A stretch of DNA of 64,000 nt, taken from an uncultured Planctomycetales bacterium (lineage in GTDB: Bacteria > Omnitrophota > Gorgyraeia > Gygaellales > Profunditerraquicolaceae). The stretch covers positions 3,167-67,166 of the forward strand of contig CAZAPM010000011.1 in NCBI GenBank assembly GCA_964487475.1. Direction: 5' to 3'. How positions within the stretch are numbered: the first letter of the stretch is position 1; every line of letters begins with the position of its first letter. A program made the position numbers and the translations under genes. Shown here piece after piece: positions 56,348 to 64,000 of the stretch. Under the pieces are notes generated by a model. That model worked only from the letters and a program-made list of their open reading frames with translations. It searched no databases and was not told where the DNA came from.

Positions 56348-57429
56348 AGCCGGTAGGTCAGCAGTACTCCGATGCCTCCCAGTATGATGTGCGGGATCCA
56401 CATGGCGGCGGAGGGGGCGATCAGCCCCTGATGGCTCAACGCTTCGGCACCGATGAACATAAGGTAGAAGACTCCCACCACCAGCACGGCGATGCCGAAA
56501 TTGACGGATTTTTCGCGGCGCCGCGTGATCACCGCCAGGGGAGCGCCGATCAGGATGAAGACGATGCTGGAAAAGGCGAGGGATATCTTCTCGTAGATCT
56601 CGGTCTCCAGGGGTAAGGGGTCGATCCCGGCTTTTTTCAGCCGGGTCACTTCCTCCCGGAGCTCCTTGATGGTCATGTCCTTCGGTTTCTTCTCCAGGTT
56701 CTCTCTTTTCTGGGCGTCCGCGAGGTTGAGGGTGATGAAATTGGTCTTGAAATTGACCTTGTAGTATTTCCCGGGCTCGTTCGGGTCGGGTTCGTCGCTG
56801 GTCCCGTCGATCAGCTTAAGTTTGACGGTGCGTTTCTCCGCGTCGCTGATGAACTCCCCGTGCTTGGCGATGATGGTGCGCGTAGGTCTTCCTTCCTGCG
56901 GCTCATAGATGCGGATATTGGTCAGCTTGTTCTCTTCGATATGATAGATGAAGACCACGTATTTCTGGAAGGAATTGATGAACACCCCGGGTTCGAGCGC
57001 CGCCGCGGGATTCTTGATCCCTACCTCCATGAGCGTGCGGCGGGTGGCAAAATGGGCGTAGGGGATGAGCCGGTCGTTGCAGATGACCAGGAAGAGGCTT
57101 AAGATGATCCCGATGGTCAATATCGGGGCCAGCAGCTTGAAAAGGTTCACTCCGCTGGCGCGGATGGCGATGACCTCGTTGTCGCTGGAGAGCCTTCCGA
57201 AGCACATGAGCACCGCGGTCAGGGTGGAAATAGGGATGGTGAAGGTAAAGAGGTACGGGGTCATGAACAGGAACAGTTTGACCACGTTGAGGATATCCAC
57301 TCCCTTGGTGATCACCAGTTCCGCGATCTTGATGAGGTTGCCCAGGAGCATGACGAACGTCAGCACCCCCAGGGCCATGAACATGGGGGAGATGAAACCC
57401 TTTAAAATATAATTTCTGAGAAGCTTCAT
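56335..57429 (-). CDS. lptF: LptF/LptG-family LPS export permease (first of two; LptF-like).
   Basis: MKLLRNYILKGFISPMFMALGVLTFVMLL N-terminus. Overlaps the downstream paralog by 13 nt. Confidence 0.7.
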   Translation of the reverse strand: MKLLRNYILKGFISPMFMALGVLTFVMLLGNLIKIAELVITKGVDILNVVKLFLFMTPYLFTFTIPISTLTAVLMCFGRLSSDNEVIAIRASGVNLFKLLAPILTIGIILSLFLVICNDRLIPYAHFATRRTLMEVGIKNPAAALEPGVFINSFQKYVVFIYHIEENKLTNIRIYEPQEGRPTRTIIAKHGEFISDAEKRTVKLKLIDGTSDEPDPNEPGKYYKVNFKTNFITLNLADAQKRENLEKKPKDMTIKELREEVTRLKKAGIDPLPLETEIYEKISLAFSSIVFILIGAPLAVITRRREKSVNFGIAVLVVGVFYLMFIGAEALSHQGLIAPSAAMWIPHIILGGIGVLLTYRLCAY

Positions 57430-57483
57430 TCTACTTTCCTAGGGACGGTTCTTTCTTTTGAGAATCGTCCCTATCTTTTGCTT

Positions 57484-58236
57484 TTAGCTCGCTGCCGCTA
57501 CTACGTGGACCGCATACGCTCCGGCGCTTTTGAGCGCCAGTGCCGCTTCGGAGCAGGTGGCCCCGGTCGTCAGCACGTCATCGACCAGCAACACTACCCT
57601 GTCCCTGACCGCCTCCGCATCGGTGACGGAGAAACATCCTTTGACGTTCTCCCTGCGTTTTGCGGCGTGCAGGGAAGCCTGGGGCGCGGTCTCCCGGTGC
57701 TTGACCAGTACCCCTGCCAGGATCGGCTTGCGCAGTGACGCGGCCAAGCATTGGCTTAACGCCAGCGCCTGATTGAACTCCCTGGCCCGCTGCTTCTGCG
57801 AAAAAAGAGGTATGGGAACGATACAATCGCATACCATGATGCGGGGAGCGTAGCGTACCATTCCCTCCGCGATCAGTCCGCCCAGAGTATCGGCCAGATA
57901 CTCTTTCCCCGCGTATTTGTACTGCCTGATGAGTTCCTTGACGATGCCTTCGTATCTCGCCGGGCTGAAGGCGGCGTCGAAATAAAGTTCCTGTGCCGCG
58001 CACCGGCTGCAACAGTCTCCCGGCCCCGGCGCAGGAGGAGTGTTGAGGCTCCGGCCGCATTTCCGGCACAACGGGGGAGTATGCAGTTGTATCGCTCGTT
58101 CGCAGTCGCCGCAGACAGGCTTTTGCGCTTCGAGGGGGTATGCCAGGGTGCGGTTGCACACCGTGCACACCGCAGGAAGCAGCAGCTGCACTATGCTCTG
58201 GAACACGCTGTTTTTCTTATGCCAGACTTCGGGCAT
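57484..58236 (-). CDS. comF: ComF-family protein (phosphoribosyltransferase domain, zinc-finger N-terminus).
   Basis: N-terminal Cx2C...Cx2C pairs (CTVCNR, CGDCER, CRKCGR, CCSRC) and the C-terminal PRTase motif VLLVDDVLTTGAT. Start is the CAT at 58234-58236. Confidence 0.75.
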   Translation of the reverse strand: MPEVWHKKNSVFQSIVQLLLPAVCTVCNRTLAYPLEAQKPVCGDCERAIQLHTPPLCRKCGRSLNTPPAPGPGDCCSRCAAQELYFDAAFSPARYEGIVKELIRQYKYAGKEYLADTLGGLIAEGMVRYAPRIMVCDCIVPIPLFSQKQRAREFNQALALSQCLAASLRKPILAGVLVKHRETAPQASLHAAKRRENVKGCFSVTDAEAVRDRVVLLVDDVLTTGATCSEAALALKSAGAYAVHVVAAAS

Positions 58237-58298
58237 GTCGATATGATAACAGCTTCTCCCGTGCTTGTCAAAAGAATAAGGCAGGCGCGCGAGCAGGA

Positions 58299-58327
58299 TT
58301 GACAGTCCGGGGCAGTCATAGTACAAT
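58299..58327 (+). promoter_or_regulatory. Sigma70-type promoter (TTGACA-17-TACAAT) abutting the pyrE start.
   Basis: TTGACA at 58299-58304, a 17-nt spacer and TACAAT at 58322-58327. The pyrE ATG is at 58334, 6 nt after the -10 element. Confidence 0.55.
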
Positions 58328-58333
58328 GCACCC

Positions 58334-58894
58334 ATGGAAAACAGAACACGTAAAGAGCTTACGCAGGACCTGAAGGTTTTGCTGGAAAAGGGGGCGCTTC
58401 GCCGGGGTAAGTTCGTCCTCTCTTCAGGCAAAGAGAGCAATTATTATCTGGACGGAAGGGTGATCACCCTAACTCCCGAAGGGGCGTTCCTTACGGCAAG
58501 TATCATGCTGGAGATGATGAAAGGGCTGCCCGTATCGGCGGTGGGAGGCCCTACCCTGGGCGCGGACCCGATCGTGGGCGCGTTAGCGGTGCTTTGCCAC
58601 CAGCAGCGCGTGCCGCTGCAGACGTTCATCGTGCGCAAGGCAGCCAAGGGCCACGGGATGCAGAAAATGGTCGAAGGCCCGGAACTGCCTTCGGGAAGCA
58701 GTGTGGTGATCGTGGATGACGTGGCGACCACGGGCAAGGCGCTGATCGAAGCGGCTCAGGCGCTGCAGGCGGCGGGAATACGCGTGGCCAAAGCCCTGGT
58801 GATCGTGGACAGGCAGGAGGGCGCCGCTGCCAACCTCGCGCAACTGGGCATTCCCCTGGAAGCGATCTTTTCCATCAGGGATTTCGGCCTGTAA
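58334..58894 (+). CDS. pyrE: Orotate phosphoribosyltransferase.
   Basis: PRPP-binding motif VVIVDDVATTGKA; 186 aa. Confidence 0.85.
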   Translation: MENRTRKELTQDLKVLLEKGALRRGKFVLSSGKESNYYLDGRVITLTPEGAFLTASIMLEMMKGLPVSAVGGPTLGADPIVGALAVLCHQQRVPLQTFIVRKAAKGHGMQKMVEGPELPSGSSVVIVDDVATTGKALIEAAQALQAAGIRVAKALVIVDRQEGAAANLAQLGIPLEAIFSIRDFGL

Positions 58895-58902
58895 GGAGTA
58901 CC

Positions 58903-60147
58903 GTGCCAGCCAGAACGGTGATCGTCGTGGGGGCGGGTCCGGCCGGCATGATGGCGGCCATCAGGGCTGCCCAGTGCGGGGCGCAGGTGGAGCTTTTCGA
59001 GAAGAAATCCGCGCCCGGCAACAAGCTGCTGCTTACCGGCAAGGGGCGGTGCAACCTGACGAACGCCTGTCCCATCGAAGATTTCCCTTCCCGTTTTTTC
59101 TCCAACGGACTTTTCCTCCGGGATGCGTTTTCCGCATTTTCCAACCTTGACCTGATGTCCTTTTTCGAGTCCCGCGGCGTGCCTTTGAAGGTCGAGCGCC
59201 AGGAGCGGGTGTTCCCCAAGAGCGACCGCAGCGCTTCCATCCTGCACGCCTGCCGGGTCGAGCTGGAGAGACGGGGCGTCAAGGTGCATCTGCGTCGGCC
59301 GGTCAAAGCAATCGCCGTGGCCGCGGGCACTGTCCGGGGGGTGGTGTGCGCGGACGGCTACCAGTCGGACGCGCAGCGGGTGGTGCTGGCTACCGGCGGG
59401 GTATCGTATTCCTTTACCGGCTCGACCGGGGAGGGGATCGCGATGGCCACCGAACTGGGGCATGCGCTTGAGCCGCTCTTGCCCGGGCTGGTGGGGATCA
59501 AGACCAGGCCGGAGTTCCCCGAACTGGAGGGGTTGACCCTTAAGCCGGTGGCGCTGACGTTCCTTAAGGACGGCAAAAAAAAACAGACGACGGAAGTAGG
59601 GGAGATGCTTTTTACGGCCGGGGGCGTGTCCGGCCCGCTGGTCGTCTCTTTCAGCGGGACGGTCGCGGAGTGGCTGGCCCAGGGCGCGCGGGTGGAAGTG
59701 TCGGTCAACCTGAAGCCGGGGCTGACTTTGGAGCAGATCGAGGCTCGGGTGATGCGGGAGTTCCAGTCGGGGCCTAAGAGGACCCTGATCACCGTGCTGC
59801 GGACCCTGCTTCCCCAGAGGATGGTGCCGGTGTTCCTGGCCAGGATCAAGGCGGATCCCGAAGTACGGGTAAGCCATATTCCGGCCATGGTGCGCCGGGC
59901 GCTCATTGAGGGTTTGCGCGCATTCTCCTTTGAGGTGCGCGCCTGCGGCAGTATCGAGGAAGCGATGGTGACCCGCGGCGGGGTGAAGGTGCGGGATATC
60001 GATCCGCGCACCATGCAATCCCGCGTGGTCCGGGGGCTCTTCTTCACCGGAGAAATGATAGACGTTGACGGGGATACCGGAGGGTTCAACCTGCAGGCGG
60101 CGTTTTCCACGGGATATCTTGCCGGGGAAAAGGCGGCCATGCTATAA
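58903..60147 (+). CDS. NAD(P)/FAD-dependent oxidoreductase of the HI0933/BaiN family.
   Basis: VIVVGAGPAGMMAA dinucleotide-binding motif and a BaiN-like length (414 aa). GTG start preceded by AAGGAG. Confidence 0.7.
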   Translation: MPARTVIVVGAGPAGMMAAIRAAQCGAQVELFEKKSAPGNKLLLTGKGRCNLTNACPIEDFPSRFFSNGLFLRDAFSAFSNLDLMSFFESRGVPLKVERQERVFPKSDRSASILHACRVELERRGVKVHLRRPVKAIAVAAGTVRGVVCADGYQSDAQRVVLATGGVSYSFTGSTGEGIAMATELGHALEPLLPGLVGIKTRPEFPELEGLTLKPVALTFLKDGKKKQTTEVGEMLFTAGGVSGPLVVSFSGTVAEWLAQGARVEVSVNLKPGLTLEQIEARVMREFQSGPKRTLITVLRTLLPQRMVPVFLARIKADPEVRVSHIPAMVRRALIEGLRAFSFEVRACGSIEEAMVTRGGVKVRDIDPRTMQSRVVRGLFFTGEMIDVDGDTGGFNLQAAFSTGYLAGEKAAML

Positions 60148-60156
60148 TCGATCATC

Positions 60157-61509
60157 ATGCGGATATATCTGGCTTCGCGTTCAAAAGCGCGAAAAGCGAT
60201 GTTGGAACAGGTGGGGATCAGGGTGCGGGCCTTACCCGTGGATGTGCGGGAGGTAAGCGCCGGCCCGGGACGCACTCCGTCCGCCGCGGTGATGGATAAC
60301 GCCCGGCGCAAGGCGCTGGCAGCTGCGCGCAAGGCGGGCAAAGGTATCATTATCGCCGCGGATACGGCCGTGCTCCAGGGCCGGGTCATGTGCGGGAAAC
60401 CCCGCTCTATGAAGGATGCCGAGGCTATGCTCACCCGGCTTTCCGCGAAGCCGCACTGGGTGTATACCGGGGTGGCGGTGTGCGATGCCGGGACACGCAG
60501 GATCCTTGTGGCGTGCGAAAAGACGAAGGTATATATGGACCCGCTGACCCTGCCGCAGATCAAAGCGTATTTTGCGAAAGTCTCTCCCTTGGATAAGGCC
60601 GGAAGTTTTGATATCCAGGGCCGGGGGGCGTTCTTCATCCGCAGGATCGAGGGGTGTTATTACACTGTGGTAGGCCTGCCTTTGCGCACGCTCTTCCGCT
60701 TGCTTTCCAAGCTGGGGGTTTCCCTGCTGATGTGCGCCGGCGTGCTGGCCCCGGCGCTCCTGATGAGCGGCTGTTCCACGGAATACAATATCGTCACCGG
60801 CCAGCAGGAATCCTACATGTACAGCACTGACCGCGAGGTCAGGATGGGCCAGGCGATCAACGAGCAGATCCTCAAAGAGTATACGCTGGTGGACGATCCG
60901 CTGGTGCAAAACCGGGTGGAGGAGATCGGACGCAAGATCGCGGCGGTGTGCGACCGCCGGGACATCGAGTATTCCTTCCGCGTGCTCAAGGATGACGAGG
61001 TTAACGCCGTCTCCCTCCCCGGGGGGTTCGTCTATATCAACAGCGGCCTGCTGGAAAGGACGAAGAACGACGACGAGCTGGCGGGAGTGGTGGCGCATGA
61101 GGTGGCGCACATCGTGGCCAGGCACAGCATCAAGAAACTTCAGGCGCTCAACAGTTATTCCCTGATCCGGCTGCTGGGGGTGGTGGCGCCGGGGCAAAGC
61201 GCGGCGGCAATGGGAACGGCGGCGGACGCGGCGTTCGTCGAGCTGCTGATGGGCTACTCCCGCGAGGACGAGCTTCTCGCAGACCAGCTGGCAGCCAGGT
61301 ATTCCCGGGCAGCGGGGTATGATCCCCGGGGGATCCTGAATTTCCTGGCGACCCTGCAGGAGGTCAACCGTAAGCAGCCGCTGCGTCCCAAGAGCTACTA
61401 TAAGACGCATCCGTACGTGCCGGACAGGATCCGGGTGGTAAAACAGGAGCTGGGGGAGAGGATCGGGTTTACGGATTACATCAATGTCGAACAGACCCCG
61501 CATCAATAG
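60157..61509 (+). CDS. maf: Single uninterrupted ORF: Maf nucleotide pyrophosphatase domain fused to a lipoprotein-like M48 peptidase domain.
   Basis: Residues 1-~190 match the Maf family (MRIYLASRS...IIAADT...SFDIQG). Then a signal-peptide/lipobox-like segment (VSLLMCAGVLAPALLMSGCS), then an M48 peptidase (HEVAHIVARH HExxH). No stop codon lies between the two parts. Confidence 0.6.
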   Translation: MRIYLASRSKARKAMLEQVGIRVRALPVDVREVSAGPGRTPSAAVMDNARRKALAAARKAGKGIIIAADTAVLQGRVMCGKPRSMKDAEAMLTRLSAKPHWVYTGVAVCDAGTRRILVACEKTKVYMDPLTLPQIKAYFAKVSPLDKAGSFDIQGRGAFFIRRIEGCYYTVVGLPLRTLFRLLSKLGVSLLMCAGVLAPALLMSGCSTEYNIVTGQQESYMYSTDREVRMGQAINEQILKEYTLVDDPLVQNRVEEIGRKIAAVCDRRDIEYSFRVLKDDEVNAVSLPGGFVYINSGLLERTKNDDELAGVVAHEVAHIVARHSIKKLQALNSYSLIRLLGVVAPGQSAAAMGTAADAAFVELLMGYSREDELLADQLAARYSRAAGYDPRGILNFLATLQEVNRKQPLRPKSYYKTHPYVPDRIRVVKQELGERIGFTDYINVEQTPHQ

Positions 61510-62572
61510 CGCGGCAGCCGCGCTGTTCCTTTTGGCGTGCATCGTTCCATCCGCAGGTCTGTTGCGGCAGGCGCAGGGAGAACCCGTCATGTATCAGGAT
61601 AACGTATCGTCCCGTATCGGAGTGCTGGATTTCCTGCACTGGGACCATTCCTGGAATTCGCACCATTACCGGGATGAGCGGGAGATCGCCCGCAGCATCT
61701 CCCTGATGCAGAAGGCGGGGATCGGCTGGGTGCGCATGGATTTCCTCTGGCAGGATATCGAGCCTGCGCAGGGAGAGTTCGAATTCGACAAATACGACCG
61801 GATCGTGTCGATGCTGGACGCCGCGGGGATCAAGGTGTTGGGGATCTTCAATTATACCCCCGAATGGGCCTCTCCCGACGGACAGTGGAATTCGCCGCCG
61901 CGGGATAACGCCGAGTTCGCCGCGTATTGCGCGGCGGTGATCGGGCGCTACAAAGGCATCGTCAACCACTGGGAAATATGGAATGAGCCCGATTCCGCGA
62001 CCTACTGGCAGCCGCAGGATCGGCTGCAGTCGTATTGCCGGCTGCTGAAGGAAGTCTATGTCGCGGCCAAGCGTGTCAATCCCGAGTGTGTGATCTTGAA
62101 CGGCGGCCTGGCCAGAGGGATCGGCAGCGTCAACTACCTCTATGAGAACGGGGCGAAGGATTATTTCGACGTGCTCAACGTGCATTACTTCGGCACGCCT
62201 CTGCATGAGGGGGGGGCCGGAGCGGCCAGGGCGCTCCCTAAGCTTTGCCGCAAGATCATGGACCGTAACGGCGATACGCACAAGAAGATATGGGTCACCG
62301 AGACCGGGTGTCCGGGCGTGCCTTCGGGTGAGTCGGCCGCCAACTGGTGGATGGGAGAGAATCCCGGGGAGATGCAGCAGGCGTACTGGCTGCGTCAGGT
62401 GTTCGAGGCCTTCCTAAGGGACCCTTCGGTGGAGAAGGTGTTCTGGGCGTTCTTCCGCGATACTCAGGGACATTGGGGTAACGGTACGGATTATCTGGGG
62501 ATCGTGCGCAGCGATTTTACGGTCAAACCCGGATATGAGGAGCTTACGGAGTTAATTAAACGCTGGCAATAA
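61484..62572 (+). CDS. Secreted glycoside hydrolase, clan GH-A (GH5-like).
   Basis: Signal peptide (AAAALFLLACIVPSAGL), catalytic acid/base context IWNEPD and nucleophile context WVTETG. Confidence 0.65.
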   Translation: MSNRPRINSAAAALFLLACIVPSAGLLRQAQGEPVMYQDNVSSRIGVLDFLHWDHSWNSHHYRDEREIARSISLMQKAGIGWVRMDFLWQDIEPAQGEFEFDKYDRIVSMLDAAGIKVLGIFNYTPEWASPDGQWNSPPRDNAEFAAYCAAVIGRYKGIVNHWEIWNEPDSATYWQPQDRLQSYCRLLKEVYVAAKRVNPECVILNGGLARGIGSVNYLYENGAKDYFDVLNVHYFGTPLHEGGAGAARALPKLCRKIMDRNGDTHKKIWVTETGCPGVPSGESAANWWMGENPGEMQQAYWLRQVFEAFLRDPSVEKVFWAFFRDTQGHWGNGTDYLGIVRSDFTVKPGYEELTELIKRWQ

Positions 62573-62577
62573 GAATA

Positions 62578-62661
62578 TGGTGCGGGAGGAGGGAGTTGAA
62601 CCCTCATGTCTTGCGACACTGGCTTCTGAGACCAGCGCGTCTGCCATTCCGCCACCCCCGC
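62578..62661 (-). tRNA. tRNA-Leu (anticodon CAG), type II with a long variable arm.
   Basis: The reverse complement reads GCGGGGGTGGCGGAATGGCAGACGCGCTGGTCTCAGAAGCCAGTGTCGCAAGACATGAGGGTTCAACTCCCTCCTCCCGCACCA. 7-bp acceptor stem with one G-U pair, anticodon loop CUCAGAA, T-loop TTCAACT, encoded CCA. Confidence 0.85.
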
Positions 62662-62679
62662 GTGTTGAAGCAGGAAATA

Positions 62680-62708
62680 AGTATATCGCAGCGGCCGGAA
62701 GATGTCAA
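62680..62708 (-). promoter_or_regulatory. Sigma70-type promoter for tRNA-Leu on the - strand (TTGACA-17-TATACT).
   Basis: On the - strand: TTGACA (+ coordinates 62703-62708), a 17-nt spacer and TATACT (62680-62685). The tRNA 5' end is 18 nt downstream, at 62661. Confidence 0.5.
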
Positions 62709-62739
62709 ATGAAGAAAATCAAACTTTGAGGAGGAGGGG

Positions 62740-63948
62740 ATGAGCCTGCAGCCCTGGAAAAAAGCGGTCTTTTTTACGGTGACGGTACTTCCGGCGGTGG
62801 TGTTTCTGGGCCTGATGGCCTGGGTCGCGGCGAAGATATACCGGGTCAACCAGGTGGACCAGGCGCGCATCTACTCCCGGCTGCAGGAGTATCTCGGCAC
62901 CCGCCAGGGGACCAAGCTCATCGATTTCACCGAGGAGAAGGGGGTGCGGGGATATGTCTTCCCCGGAGCGAACTTCTATACCGTGCAGGAAGACCCCGCG
63001 TTCATTCCCCTGGACCATACCCCTGAAGATTTCGTGATCGCGGTATTCGGTGAATCATCGGTGGTGCTTCCCCGCCGCCGCGAAGTGTTCGCCCACTTCC
63101 TTGAGGAGGAGCTCAACCGGCAACCCGCGCCCGCGGGCAGGCGGGTACGGGTGTATAATTTCGGCCATTCCGGGATCGATCTTTTCACGGTCAAAGCCAG
63201 GGTGCGCCAGGTGCTGGAGCAGGTGCATCCGGACCTGGTGGTGATCTATTCCGGCCACAACGATTATATCGCCACCTACCGCAACGTGATCAAGCCGCCT
63301 TTTTACCTTTACAGCGACCGCCTGGGGAAGATATTCTTCAACCGCATCGCGCTTCCCATGTACAAGGTGAACAAATATTATGCCCGGGAGATCTATTTCG
63401 AGCCGAGGATCATCCGGCAGCTGCAGCAATTGAAGCTGGTACGGATCAAGGATACGTATCTGAGCAAGTGCAACGACCTGATCCTCGAGTATTACCGAAA
63501 GAACGTTTCGGAGACGATCGCGATGAGCAGGGCGCAGGGGGTGCCGGTAGTGTTCATGACCTTGACCAGCAATTACGAGGCCAGGCCATTCGGGATCAAT
63601 GAGGTGACCGATCCCCTGTACGTGCAGGGCTGCCTGGAAAAAGAGTATGCCCGGCGCACCGCGCTGCTGGAGCAGGCGAAGGATACGGAGTTCTTCTCCG
63701 GGGATGTCCGGGCGAAATCCCCGATGAACGCATATTTGCGTTCGCTGCAGGGGGAGGGGGTGCATGTTTTCGACCTGGAAGGCGCGCTGCGGACGCGGCA
63801 GTTCACCTTTGACCAGCGCAACTATTATGATTACTGCCATCCTACCGTCGAGGCTCACCGGCTGATCGGGCAGATGCTGGCGCGGTTCCTCGAGGGGCAG
63901 GCAGGGCTCTTGACGAAGAAAGCGCAGGTGGCGGCAGATGTTCTTTGA
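62740..63948 (+). CDS. Membrane-anchored SGNH-like hydrolase (second of two in the window).
   Basis: N-terminal TM segment, block I-like AVFGESSVV, GxND-like YSGHNDY and a DxxH-like CHPTVEAH near the C-terminus. RBS GAGGAGGAGGGG before the ATG. Confidence 0.5.
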   Translation: MSLQPWKKAVFFTVTVLPAVVFLGLMAWVAAKIYRVNQVDQARIYSRLQEYLGTRQGTKLIDFTEEKGVRGYVFPGANFYTVQEDPAFIPLDHTPEDFVIAVFGESSVVLPRRREVFAHFLEEELNRQPAPAGRRVRVYNFGHSGIDLFTVKARVRQVLEQVHPDLVVIYSGHNDYIATYRNVIKPPFYLYSDRLGKIFFNRIALPMYKVNKYYAREIYFEPRIIRQLQQLKLVRIKDTYLSKCNDLILEYYRKNVSETIAMSRAQGVPVVFMTLTSNYEARPFGINEVTDPLYVQGCLEKEYARRTALLEQAKDTEFFSGDVRAKSPMNAYLRSLQGEGVHVFDLEGALRTRQFTFDQRNYYDYCHPTVEAHRLIGQMLARFLEGQAGLLTKKAQVAADVL

Positions 63949-64000
63949 GTCTTTTGCGGTCACGGCCGCTGCGGTCGGGCAGATCTCCCTTCTGGCGCTG
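63938..64000 (+). CDS. 5' end of a membrane protein ORF (possibly MBOAT-type), truncated by the window end.
   Basis: ATG 63938 opens MFFESFAVTAAAVGQISLLAL, which is hydrophobic and fits the M.F.S..F N-terminal pattern seen in AlgI/PatA-type MBOAT proteins. Only 21 codons are visible. Confidence 0.25.
   Translation, partial: MFFESFAVTAAAVGQISLLAL

Noticed and set aside
60741-61509. Calling the M48 peptidase as a separate gene starting at the internal ATG (LLMCAG).
   Set aside because: No stop codon terminates maf upstream, and no convincing RBS precedes that ATG. As read, the sequence is one ORF. A split annotation would require assuming a sequence error, which is noted in the findings instead.
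62578-62661. tRNA-Leu as a possible genomic-island integration site.
   Set aside because: No integrase, phage or plasmid genes and no duplicated tRNA 3' fragment appear within the window on either side.
1-64000. CRISPR arrays, IS elements/transposases and toxin-antitoxin pairs.
   Set aside because: No regularly spaced direct repeats, no DDE/serine recombinase motifs and no small paired ORFs of TA type were found. The PIN domain protein is the membrane-anchored YacL type, not a VapC toxin.

Overview
High-GC (~62-63%), gene-dense bacterial chromosomal segment; almost all genes are on the + strand. (1) Positions 1-21175 hold a large glycan (O-antigen/capsule-like) biosynthesis locus of the ABC-transporter-dependent type. 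It encodes Wzm/Wzt (the Wzt has a C-terminal carbohydrate-binding-type extension) and at least 9 glycosyltransferases (GT2 and GT4). Tailoring enzymes include a polysaccharide deacetylase, a SAM methyltransferase directly upstream of wzm, a B12-binding radical SAM enzyme, AsnB-type amidotransferase, a NodU/CmcH carbamoyltransferase, an NAD-dependent epimerase/dehydratase, a Wzy/ligase-like polytopic membrane protein and a small PglC-like initiating sugar-phosphate transferase. (2) Positions 21176-24600 are a lower-GC island with a small poly-Glu secreted protein and a convergent HAMP-GGDEF protein with a degenerate GGDDF motif; a TPR protein follows. (3) Next is an envelope redox/proteostasis group: a thioredoxin-CcdA fusion, a DUF1573 protein and an HtpX M48 protease carrying a canonical EF-hand loop. 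(4) A ~30 kb co-directional run of tightly packed housekeeping genes follows: lysS, lolC/E-lolD, two tandem paralogous polytopic membrane proteins of unknown family, ilvE, mcsA-mcsB-clpC, mlaEFD, radA, PIN/TRAM yacL, ispD-ispF, cysE-cysS, tmk-holB-ricT-tatD, DUF362-ferredoxin, mtnA, thiL, tsaE, an SGNH hydrolase, tsaB and alr. This Firmicute-like gene order sits beside diderm envelope systems (LptF/G, Lol, Mla). (5) The window ends with lptF/lptG-like genes and comF on the - strand, leaderless-looking pyrE, a BaiN-family flavoprotein, a Maf-M48 lipoprotein-peptidase fusion ORF, a secreted GH5-like hydrolase, a tRNA-Leu(CAG) on the - strand, a second membrane-anchored SGNH hydrolase and the first residues of an MBOAT-like ORF. 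Perfect consensus sigma70-type promoters abut the start codons of lysS and pyrE. No CRISPR array, transposase or integrase was seen. All functional calls come from motif and family recognition by eye; no database searches were run.
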